The notes beneath the pieces were generated by a model, which worked only from the letters and a program-made list of their open reading frames with translations, was not told the DNA's origin and made no database searches. From positions 17,952,001-18,016,000 of the forward strand of contig CP086569.2 in the NCBI GenBank assembly GCA_009914755.4: a DNA stretch of 64,000 nt, written 5' to 3'. The DNA is from the human T2T-CHM13v2.0 reference genome, Homo sapiens. Below, piece by piece: positions 49,597-64,000 of the stretch; position 1 is the first letter of the stretch, and every line of letters starts with the position of its first letter. Made by a program: the position numbers and the translations under genes.

Positions 49597-52294
49597 ACTG
49601 ACGCTTGAGGAGGACAAGAAACCACAATTCTTTCTTTTCAGCATCTGAGGACACAGCCAGAAAATATCTTCTAAATCAGGAAGGAAATCCTCCCCAGACA
49701 CGGAATCTGCCACACCTTGATCTTGAACTTCCAGCTTCCAGAACTGCAAACTATAAATGTCTGTTGTTTAGAAGCAACTCAATCTCTGCTATTTTGTGAT
49801 AGCAGCCTGAGTGGACTAAGTCATTCTTGGTGGGAAAATTATCAAATGGAGAAGATACTAATATCTCTTCCTGCTACTGTTCTGTTCTATGAGTGATGAG
49901 TCCAGGCTCAACCTAGCTTCTTCAGCAGGAGTGCTGCCTAGACATTGAATTGCCTCTAGTTGCCTCCTCAAAGCATCTGGTCACAGATCTGTGTAAATTC
50001 TAGTCTTGAATTTGTGCATGATGCAACCATTATGAGAGTGGATACATTGCATCTTTGCAGAACATCTGAAGCTGACTCTTACCCTTAATTCTAGCCTGAC
50101 AAGTATTTATGGTACAGCTGACAAATACCTAATTGTGTGATAACTACAATGAAATACAGTTACAGTTATGTTCTGAACTGTGTTATCAAGCAGTTTACAT
50201 CTTGGGAGAGAGGAATGGAGAAGAAACAGCATTGTGTTCCAGTAGAAGTCAGAAGGTTCATATTCAGACACTGTTATTACCTGGGGAGGGATCGCAGGCA
50301 GGTTCTTTAACCCTGAGTACTCTTCTATGTAGATTTTGATTCTGAGTGCTCTCCTAAGCAAAATGTTCTATGAATTTACAATGAAACCCATGAATAGTGA
50401 GGGCAGGATGTATAAATTGGTCTTCCATGGAGTACAATCAAGTGTAAAAATATGTCTACAACAGATAATAGGGATCCTTGACTGTGCTTTAATTCCCCCT
50501 GCTGATTGGAGGTGACCACATGCTGTCTGTGTTGCAAACAGCATTTTCAAGAGACAGTATGTCTGCTTTGATATGATGGGTTGGTAAGAATGGTGGGTGA
50601 GGCACTGAAAACTGACTATTCATCTGCCTATAGTTTTGTATATCATGCTGGGTTTTTCAACCCAGTCTGTAAAGGAAGTTAGCTTCTTCTACCTATTTCA
50701 GGACATGTCCGTCCTTTGTCAACATGATAAGACCTTAATTCAAAAGAGCTGCTTACCAAAGATGAACCACAGAGTTGAGCACATTACCTTTCATCCCAGA
50801 TTTCAGAGTATATTTGTAGACTGTGGCTGAAAATTGGCTACGAGCATATGAGTTTATTATTTAGTTCTTGGACCCTGGTGAATTTATTCTCAGCAGGAAC
50901 ACCAGGAGTGGTAAACGCAGAACAGTGACAGCCTTCAAGCAGCAATTCTTGTCTTCCATTGATCTTGTCTGCTTCATCCCTGCATATTTATTCTAGCTTG
51001 ATGATTCAATAAATATAAGTACCTATGCTCCAGGAATAGATTTCTCTAGAAACTCTGTTATGTGGGACTAGCAGCCAAGTCATTGGAATTTGAACTGAGT
51101 GAGTCAACAACAACAAGAAAGAAACAAAATGACATTGGAAATTAAAGGTGATTAAATTTCATTACTTGAAATCTGAAGACCACAAAAACTGTCACAAATA
51201 TGAAGATGATGAGCCTCAAGCCTACAAATATAAGAATGATCAAGGATGATACAGGAAACATATAAAGCAGTGGCTATATGCCACCCAAAGAAATCAAAAT
51301 AATGCAAAGGAACGTAGTATTAAGCATTAGGAATATAAACTAGAGAGTGAATATAGACACAAGATAGCTATAAACCTATAATTAATTCCAGAGAAAATGA
51401 AGTTGTTCCTTTGACATATGCAAAGCTAGTGAAATGCTACTGGGAACATTTAAATGAGGTTTTCTCAACCTTGGCACTATTGAATTTTGAGTGACATACT
51501 GCTGTGCTGCAAGGATTATCCTGTGCATTGAAGTGTGTTTTTTAGCATCTCTGGCACTTACCCACTAAAGGCCAGTAGCAGCCTCCAAGTTGTAACAACC
51601 AAAAGTGCCTCCAGACATTGCCCCATTTCCCTGTGGTATAATTTTCAGTATGTATGAGGATCACTGCTTTAGATGTTTTCTGAGGTTCAGCATGTTTGAA
51701 TATATGGAAAGAAAGTGAATTCAGTGCTCCCAGTGAGGAAGTAACCACAATTAGGGAAAGCATGGGGGCAGGAAGTTACTTATCAACTAATTTTTTAGTG
51801 TAGACAAAATGGGTCAATATGAGAAAAAGGAATGCTGCTTAAAAAACATGCTTGCACAATTAAGATAAAAATATGGTTTATAAGTTTTAATAGATTGATT
51901 TATACTCCACTTGGGTAGATACATGTCAGAACACTGAAGGGTTAAACCTCTCATACTTATTTTGGATTTAAAAGCACAAGATTTGTAAACAGACTTCTAG
52001 AATATAATCTGATTTCTTTCCACTTCTGCCTACAAATCTGAGGGGTGAGAAGACTTTCTAGAGATGATGTTTATCAGACCATGATAAGGAGAGCAAATAG
52101 TTGTGATTAACCAAGGGCCAACAGTTAGTGCCGGGAAGAATGGTCTTGGACACAAATATTCCAACCACAAATAACACTTGCCGCACTGTCATAATATTGG
52201 GATATTAATTTTCTCTTTTTTGAGCATGAATTTTTTTAGCAGATATCCCTTTTCCCAAAATTGACTAATTTGTCTACACTGAAACATTCGTTGA

Positions 52295-54570
<2,276 letters not shown>

Positions 54571-56480
54571 TGATTAATTACTTTCTGCCCCCATGGTCTC
54601 ACAATTCAAATCTCTGCACTTTTGCCTAAGTTGAGAAGTAAGAGTTTTCACTTGTTCATCTGAGAAGCCACATCTCTTCTTGCCATTCTGATTTATGAAA
54701 ATCCCCAAGCTGAAGAAGACTAAACTTACCGGAAGATTTTTTACCATGTCCTGTGTACATAAGTATGGTCATGTTGCCCACTATTTTAATTAATATACAG
54801 TGGATCGCTTAACATGCATATTTGAAAAATGCTCACTGCTTTTTCAAAACTCACTGCCTTTGTATAGGATTTTAAAATCTTCCTGAAAAACATCAAAGCA
54901 TTGGAAATCTCATTTCTTTTTTTAAAAAATAATAATAATAACCAACATTCATATAGCACTGTCCATGGTGTATTACTTTATTGTAACAGTTTTGTGAAAT
55001 AAGCCATAAAATGTGAGAATTTTAGATTAGGAAATAAATGCATCTTAAATTTATTCTACCCACTTAAATTTTAAAAAATATTAAATAGCCACATAGATAT
55101 CAGTAAGCAGAGTTTTTTTCATCACATCAGGGAGGGTATTGATAATCCCTTCCAATAAAGGAATTCTTAGTGCTTTTTTGTGGTTTTCCTTTGGATTTTA
55201 TGTGATTACCCTTCTCAACCTGGAGAATTGTTGAAATAATCATATGGTGTTTGTTTTTCCTCCTCTATCTGTAAAACTCTAATTAAAAAGAGCTTAGTTA
55301 AAGACTTTCTGCTATTGTGGACACATAGCGAATTAATTAGTTAAAAGGAGACCTCTAGTATCAAGTGAGGTGAGAACACAACAGTTTTCATTACTTGGGA
55401 CAGCATGTAGAATGGCTGATAGCTAGCCAATACTAGAGGGACCACCATCCCTGGGATGGCCTTGTCTTATTGGCAACTACCAAAACGCAGCAGATATTGC
55501 ATAGACATTGTCCTCATCAAGCTGGGGATCTCCACTTAATTTTACAGCATTTACCAAGAAGCATCTGAGTTTACAGCCTAAGAAAACTGGAGTTTATTTA
55601 GTCCAGAGAGCCTTTAACTTGAATGTGCACAAAGCTCACATAGGGGTGTTGTTAAAATTCACATTCTGACTCAGCAGATGTTGTGTTTCTCACAAGGTCT
55701 CTGGGCTGTCAATGTTGACTTGCCGGAGGACCACATGTGGAGTCAAGAGATTCATGCTAGAGCCTTTTCATTGTACACTGGAAGGATCTCATCTGCACAG
55801 CAATGGTCCATGGGAGGCAGCGTTCAGTGCTTGCTTCACTGGGCAGCGGTCATCCCCATGTCTGACAATTGTCCCTATGTCTCTGACGATTGAACTTGCT
55901 ACTCTGACTTTCAGATATGAATGAGCCTGTTCACTATGATCATGGTGAAGATATATATGGTAAAGATAATTAGAGGGTAAAGATATACACATATACATAT
56001 ATGCATATAAATGTGCATATATAACATACTATATTACAAGAATTATATGTATTACAGTCAATCCTTGAACACAACATGGGTTAGAACTGTGTGGATCAAC
56101 TTACACTGATTGATTGTCTTCAGATTCTGCATAGACATTGTTCTTATGAAGCTGGGAATCTCTGCTTAATTTTACAGCATTTACAGATGAGACAGCAAAA
56201 CAAATCCCTCCTCTTCTTCCTTCTCAATTTGGAGATGATGAAGATGAAGACCTTTATGATAATCCAGTTCCTCTTAATGAACAGTAAAGATATTTTCTCT
56301 TCCTCGTGATTTTCTTAATGACATTTTTTTTCTCAAGCTTACTTTGGTGTAAGAACATAGTAGACTGTACATGTAACACATAAAAAATGCATGAATCAAC
56401 TGTTTATGTTACTGGTAAGGCTTCTGATCAACAAATACTATTAGTATTTAAGTTTTTGGAGAGATAAAAGTTATATTCAG

Positions 56481-56808
<328 letters not shown>

Positions 56809-57104
56809 TCACATGTTTGAAAGTCAACTGTATATCTTTCTATACAGTTCAATGTATATTATTTTTAAATAGATAAATATATCACAATATATTATGAGTA
56901 ATAAATATTACATTTATTGTATGTATATATTATTAATACACATATATACATATACTCACAAATGTGTAATATATATTATATCCACACATGTAGACATGAA
57001 TTCATATATATGTGTATACGAATAATGTATCACAATATATTAATAGAAATGGGTATGTAGTATGTAGTATATTGATTATGTATATTATGTATATCTCTAT
57101 CATG

Positions 57105-57290
57105 CATCTACCTATAAAAAGCAGGGATTTCAACATGTTCATAGCAACATTATTCACAATAGTCAAAGTATACAAACAACCACTGACAGATGAATGGATA
57201 AACAAAATGTGGTATATCCATTTAATGGAATATTATTCAGCCTTGAAAAGAAAAAAATCTAACACATGCTGTAACAAAGAATAAGTGATT
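57105..57290 (+). mobile_element. old L1 (L1M) ORF2 C-terminal fragment, plus orientation
   Basis: The ORF 57012..57284 peptide ...FNMFIATLFTIVKVYKQPLTDEWINKMWYIHLMEYYSALKRKKS resembles L1 ORF2 (...[33 protein letters not shown]...). Confidence 0.6.
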
Positions 57291-57681
57291 ATAGCTGCAA
57301 TCTGTGTTACTTCTGAACATCTCTCTTTCTTTTCTTCTTGGCTTGAGGAGTTTTCTTGTAAGCTACTTGTCACTCATTCTCCAATTACACTAATTTTCTT
57401 TATGGCCCAAAATAACAAAAAGAAAATAGTTTTTTTACCCTTTGATTCATTTTGCTAAAGGTTGTGGCTGCCTCTTATTTTTATAGTGAGATTATCAATA
57501 GTCATTTTTAATCAACTTCAGCATTGTAAGTGAGAAACTAGTAGTTCGCAATCATGTTATTTCAATTAATCATATGGAACATGGATATAGAAGAATTTTA
57601 TTTTGGAGAAAGGAGTTTCTGACAAGGTGTGTCTCTTTCAGGTAGCTTCTTGGCAGAATGAGAATTGTTACACCTACACAT

Positions 57682-57965
57682 TTTTTTTTTTTTTGACATG
57701 GAATTTTACTCTGTCACTCAGGCTGAAGTACAGTGGTGTGATCTTGGATCACTGCAAACTCCCTCTCCAAAATTCAAGTGATTCTCCTGCTTTAGCCTCC
57801 TGAGTAGCTGGCACCCGCCACCATGCCTGCTAGTTTTTGTATTTTTAGTAGAGACAGGGTTTCACCATTTTGACCAGGCTTGTCTTGAACTCCAGAACTC
57901 AAGTTATCCACCCACCTAGGCCTCCCAAAATGCTGAGATTACAGGTGTGAGTCACTGTGTCCATC
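57682..57965 (-). mobile_element. Alu (AluS-like), minus orientation
   Basis: T14 then gacatggaattttactctgtcactcaggctgaagtacagtggtgtgatcttggatcactgcaaactccctctccaaaattcaagtgattctcctgctttagcctcctgagtagctggc...gagtcactgtgtccatcc. Confidence 0.85.
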
Positions 57966-58722
57966 CTACCTTTTTCATATGTCTGTGAATATACTTGGAA
58001 TGTAGATGCTAAATCAATGCTTTGCATCAAGGAAATGCAGCTTAACCTTGATTGTTTTGAAAACTGGGAAGCTACTGCTAATATATTTTCTACTTCATAT
58101 TCCAGTTTCTTGTTTTGAGAAGTTATAGGTTCTATTTTTCTTATTTTTCATAAATATTAAGTGCTAGAAGTCTAGGAAATGTGTGCTTTGAAATAAAGTT
58201 TACTGTAGTGATGGTGATTTTCTCCCCATCTAATGTTTGATCCTACAGGTTGACTTCATGTTACTAATCACTTTCCTCTTAGGTGTTACTAGTCACACTC
58301 TGACAGCACTGTCCCCTTAAAGGGGGAAAATGATTTTAATTATGAAAAAACTTCCCTTCAGTGCAAAAGAAGGGTGAGTCCCCAAACAGACCCCAACCTG
58401 GTCATCTGAATCATGTGGATGTAACCAGCATATCTGTTCTTAAAAGGGTGATGGTAGGATTTGATATTCTTTTTTTTTCTCTCACTTTGATCTATGGCCT
58501 TGCAGAGCAATTCTGTCCAGGGAAAACTTCCAGCATGGGGTGATGCTTTTCACCTGTGCCATCTAATATGGCATTGCTAGCTGTCTGTGGTTATTAAGCA
58601 TTTAAATGTGACCACTGCAAATGTGTGGGTTTTAATTTATTCATTCAATTGTGATTAAATATTCATAACAAAATATACCATCTAACCATTTAAAAAATTT
58701 GCATAAGTTTAAGGGGTATAAA

Positions 58723-59418
<696 letters not shown>

Positions 59419-59579
59419 GTACAAGTTCAACTTTTTTACATGGACATATTATGTAGGGGTAAATTTGGGGCTTTTAGTGAATTCATCACCTGAATAGTGT
59501 ACTTTGTACCCAAAAGGTGATTTCTCATCCCTCAACCCTCTCCACACTCCTATCTTTCCAAGTCTCCAATGTCTACTAT

Positions 59580-60020
59580 TCCACTCTCCATGTCCATATG
59601 GATATATTATTTAGCTCCCACTTATAAGGGAGAACAGGCAATATTGGAATTTGACTTTCTGTTTCTGAGTTATTTTCCTTAAGATAATGGTCTCCAGTTC
59701 CATTTGTGTTCCTGCAAAAGACATGATTTTATTCTTTTTTATGATTGCATAGTATTACATAGTGTACTTGTACCACAGTTTCTTTATCCAGTCATCCATC
59801 GATGGACACTTAGGTAGATTCCACATCCTTGCTACTGTGAATAGAGCTGTGATACACATAAAACTGAAAACATTAAGCACATTCACATTGTTATGCAACC
59901 ATCACACCCTTCATCTCTAGAATTTTTTTTGTCTTCTCAAACTGAAACTCTGTCTCCATTAAACAGTAACTCCCCAAACCCCTCTTTCTTCATCCCCTGG
60001 CAACCACCTTTCTAGTTTTT
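59580..60020 (-). mobile_element. old L1 3'-region fragment, minus orientation
   Basis: tccatatggatatattatttagctcccacttataagggagaacaggcaatattggaatttgactttctgtttctgagttattttccttaagataatggtctccagttccatttgtgttcctgcaaaagacatgattttattcttttttatgattgcatagtattacatagtgtac is the reverse complement of an L1 3' end. Confidence 0.7.
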
Positions 60021-60512
60021 ATCTCTATGAATTTGACTGCTTTATGTGCCTCATAGAAGTGAAATCATATGATACAGTCATTCATTTAACAATGAGAATA
60101 CTTCCTGAGAAATGTACCATTAAGCAATTTTGTCTTGTGGGAACATCAGAGGGTGCACTTACATAATCCTAGATGGTAAAGCCTGTTATACACCTACATT
60201 ATATGGCAGAACCTTTTGCTCCTGGGCTACAAACTGGTATGGAATCTTATTGTACTGGATAAAGTAGGCAATGGTAACACAATGGTAACTGATTGTGTAT
60301 CTACACATACTAAAGCATAGGAAAGATACAGTAAAAGTATGACAATCTTTTGAGACTACTATTATATATGAAATCTGTCATTGACTGAAATATCTTTATA
60401 TGGTGCAGTGTGGTGTTTGTCTTTTATTATGACTTTTTTCTTGAGCACAATCTAATCTTTTCTTTTTCTTCTTTTCTTTTTATTTCCCCTTTTCCTTTCC
60501 CTTCCCTTCTCT

Positions 60513-61100
<588 letters not shown>

Positions 61101-61574
61101 AGTGAATTGTTTGTTGCAATTTAAATTTAAATAGCCACATTGGACACCATTGTCTTAGAGAACCAAAACGAAACCTAAAAGTTTATTTACCCTGATGATT
61201 AGCAGATAAAAGAGATAGGAATCTTAAGCAATAATAGTTATAATTATGGCATATTGTTCTCCAAAAAATTAGAATTTACTGATTAAGCTTCAATTTTGCA
61301 TTTACTAAATATAAAAGCCTCTCTTAAAGTTTAAGGTGTCTAGGTATAAAACTATTTTAATTTGAGCAAGCTAATAGATTGCTTGTCTAAAATTTGTACT
61401 GGCATCATCTTGAGTTGAATGTAGGAATGATTTAGTGTTTACCATTGAAGATAACGTGTGGCCCATTTCTAAAATACAACCTGCCATAGCTGTGATCATC
61501 TCAATATTTGACCTTGATCAACATCGACACTGTTAATATGATCTGCTAATTAAGGGCATGGTGCTTGCTATGGT

Positions 61575-61925
61575 GTCAACGTTTAAATTCCCTCGAAATT
61601 CCTAAGTTGAAATCCTAAACCCCAAGGTGATAGTGTTGAAATGTGGGGCTTTTTGGGGGTGATGAGGTCATGAAGGTAGAGACTTTTATAAATCCCTTAT
61701 AAAAGGGACCACAGAGAGCTCCCTTGCTTCTTCCTCCATGTGAGGACACAGGAAGAAGGCACTGTGTATGAACGGGGAAATGGGTACCCAACAGACACTG
61801 AATCTGCCATCCTTGATCTTGTACTCCCAGTCTCTACGATTGTAAGCAATAAACTTCTGTTGTTCATAAACCTACTGGTCTATGATATTTTGCTATAGCA
61901 TACTGAACAGACTAAGACTTAACTA
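61575..61925 (+). mobile_element. MLT1-type (ERVL-MaLR) LTR, plus orientation
   Basis: aaattcctaagttgaaatcctaaaccccaaggtgatagtgttgaaatgtggggctttttgggggtgatgaggtcatgaaggtagag...cccttataaaagggaccacagagagctcccttgc...ccatgtgaggacacaggaagaaggc...gatcttgtactcccagtctctacgattgtaagcaataaacttctgttgttcataaacctactggtctatgatattttgctatagcatactgaacagactaagac. Confidence 0.65.
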
Positions 61926-62149
61926 TTTCTGCTTTTCCTTAAGGTCGGCATTTCCTGACTCCTTTTAAAGCAAGCAAAAATTGTGATTGCTTGCATTCCT
62001 TGATCACTTCTTTGCCTGGAGGTAAGAATGTTCTATCGGCTTTTCAACAGGCTGTTTTCTAATGGAGATGTTTCATTAGGGCTATTTCTATACGCTTCTG
62101 ATTCTTCATTATAATATTGCTTCTTTCACACTGAGATACTCAGTATCTT

Positions 62150-62875
62150 GAAAGGTGAAATATAACCACACACACACACACACATCCATCCAGTCTTTAT
62201 TTATACATACACATGTTTACATAAACACACACACAGAGGCAGAGAAAGACAGAGTTTTTAACCTATTCATACACACAAATATTTTTACATGCCCACTGAC
62301 AGACAGAGATCTTCAGGTATTTATAGCTACAAATATATTTACACACGGAGAGACAAAGATCTTCATCTATACTTACAAATGTTTACACATGCAGAGAGAT
62401 TTTATCTATGCTTACAGATATGTTTACACTCAGAGAGAAACACAGAGACCATCATCGATTTATACTCACAAATATGTTTATGCACACAGAGAGACAGGAA
62501 GAGAAAGATTTTCATCTATTTATACTTAAAGATAACATTACACATGAGAAAAAGAGAAAGATTTTAACATATTTGTACTTACAAATATATTTACACACAC
62601 ACGCAGACAGAGACAGATCATCTATTTATACCTACAAATGTTTACACACACTGAAAGGCAGAGAGAGAGATTTTCATCTATTTATACTTACAGATATGTT
62701 TATACAGAGAGACAGAGATCATTATTTATACTCAGAAATATATGTATACACAGAGAGAGAAACATTTTATCTGTTTATACTGACAGATATGTTTGCACAG
62801 AGAGAGAAAGAGACAGAGATACTTTCTTCTATGCGTGTTTACACAGAGAGAGAGAAAAAGAGAGACATTTTCTCT
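62150..62875. repeat. minisatellite with a unit of about 55-65 bp, about 12 copies, with a (CA)n start and GA-rich cores
   Basis: Recurring motif ttcatctatttatacttacagatatgtttacacagagagacagagatc... ORFs 62155..62529 and 62408..63031 are periodic artefacts of this repeat. Confidence 0.8.
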
Positions 62876-62899
62876 TTTTTGTTAAGAGAAAACTTTTTA

Positions 62900-63000
62900 A
62901 AATTATACTTTAATTTCTGGGTTACATGCGCAGAATGTGCAGTTTTGTTACATAGGTACACATGTGCTGTGATGGTTTGCTGCACCCATCAACCTGTCAT
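62900..63000 (-). mobile_element. L1 3'UTR terminal fragment, minus orientation, immediately right of the minisatellite
   Basis: attatactttaatttctgggttacatgcgcagaatgtgcagttttgttacataggtacacatgtgctgtgatggtttgctgcacccatcaacctgtcatc is the reverse complement of the last 100 nt or so of the L1 3'UTR. Confidence 0.7.
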
Positions 63001-63324
63001 CAACAGGGGTCCCTACTCCAGTGGAACCTGATCTTTAACTAATGATATCTGCACAGACCCTATTTCCAAGTAAGTTCACACGCAGGTATTGGGGGTTAGG
63101 ACTTGGACATAACTGTAGGAGTTGCACAATTTAAGTTGCAACACTTTCTTAGTAGGTTCTTGCAAACATCAGGAAAGTTATGCATTTATCTACTACATTT
63201 TGGCACCACTTTCAGGGATTCTCAGATGTGTAGTAGAGAAGGTAGCCTCACCAGGGGCCCTGCTTGGGGAAACTGGACTATCAGAGGCTGAGAAAAGCTG
63301 GAGGAAGAACTGTCCCTCACTTGG

Positions 63325-63717
63325 TGGTATGGTTTGGCTCTGTATCCCCACCCAAATCTCATCTTGAATTGTAATTCCCACATGTTAAAAGAGGGACGTA
63401 TAATACCCATATGTTGAGGGAGGAAGGTGATGGGATCATGGCGGTGGTTTTCCCCATGGTGTTTTCATGATAATGAGTGAGTCCTCTCCTGGGGTCTGAT
63501 GGTTTTATAAGCATCTGACATTTCCCCTCCTTACACTTCTCTCTCCGGCTGCCGTGTGAAGAATGTCCTTGCTACTTCTTCGCCTTTCTTAATGACTGTA
63601 CGTTTCCTGAGGCCCCTGCCAGCCATGCAGAACTGAGAGTCAATTATACCTCTTTTCTTTATAAATTACGTAGTCTCAGGTATGTCTTTATAGCAGTGTG
63701 AGAAAAAACTAATACAC
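63325..63717 (+). mobile_element. THE1/MST-type MaLR LTR, plus orientation
   Basis: tggtatggtttggctctgtatccccacccaaatctcatcttgaattgtaattcccacatgttaaaagagggac...ccatgcagaactgagagtcaattatacctcttttctttataaattacgtagtctcaggtatgtctttatagcagtgtgagaaaaaactaatacac. Confidence 0.8.
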
Positions 63718-64000
63718 TTGGGGAACACACACATGTCAGAATTCAGGGTGCATGCTTAATATTTAAACATTGGTCTAATTTGATTCTTTCCTGTTTGTCT
63801 ACCCAGGGCCTTTGTCTCACTGGGCAGATTTCTTCTCTCCAGATGCATTTTGCTTTCCTGGTATTTGCTTTCCCAGTATTTACATTTCATCAAAGTTAGC
63901 AGATCATTACACAGTTTCTATCTGCTGTCTGAGCTAGTTGTCTCCTGGCAGCATAAATCCTTGAGAGGGTAATCAGCTCAGTTTTCTTTCTATTGATCCT

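Overview
This window is primate nuclear DNA, human or a close great ape. The evidence is many Alu elements including near-consensus AluY, a full-length young L1 (L1PA2/L1HS-like), and older L1M, THE1/MST and MLT1 fragments. I found no prokaryotic features, no rRNA or tRNA genes, no CRISPR array and no convincing cellular protein-coding exon. All long ORFs in the six-frame track are explained by repeats. The dominant structure is about 12.5 kb of a 29-bp tandem satellite (unit roughly ACAGGAAGTGTGTCCTGCACAGGGGAGGA) in six blocks: 1-2215, 24416-25972, 30690-32640, 32640-34978, 35852-40108 and 40110-40612. Block orientation alternates, with head-to-head inversion junctions near 32640 and 40110. 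The satellite-to-unique junction is segmentally duplicated (about 24416-27440 versus 32640-35850). Other features are a 6.05-kb minus-strand L1 (15418-21462) with intact ORF1 and ORF2 broken by two nonsense codons, a 5'-inverted (twin-primed) truncated L1 with target-site duplications (52295-54565), and about 17 Alus. One of those Alus is an AluY copy carrying a 33-bp 3' transduction of satellite flank (30001-30384) whose source Alu is 2 kb away (32044-32350). There is also an AT-rich tandem array with a unit of about 150 bp (46300-47290), a minisatellite with a unit of about 60 bp (62150-62870), a 160-bp tandem duplication (14642-14965) and short microsatellites. All coordinates are hand-derived and approximate to within 5-20 bp. 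The satellite family name could not be recalled from memory.
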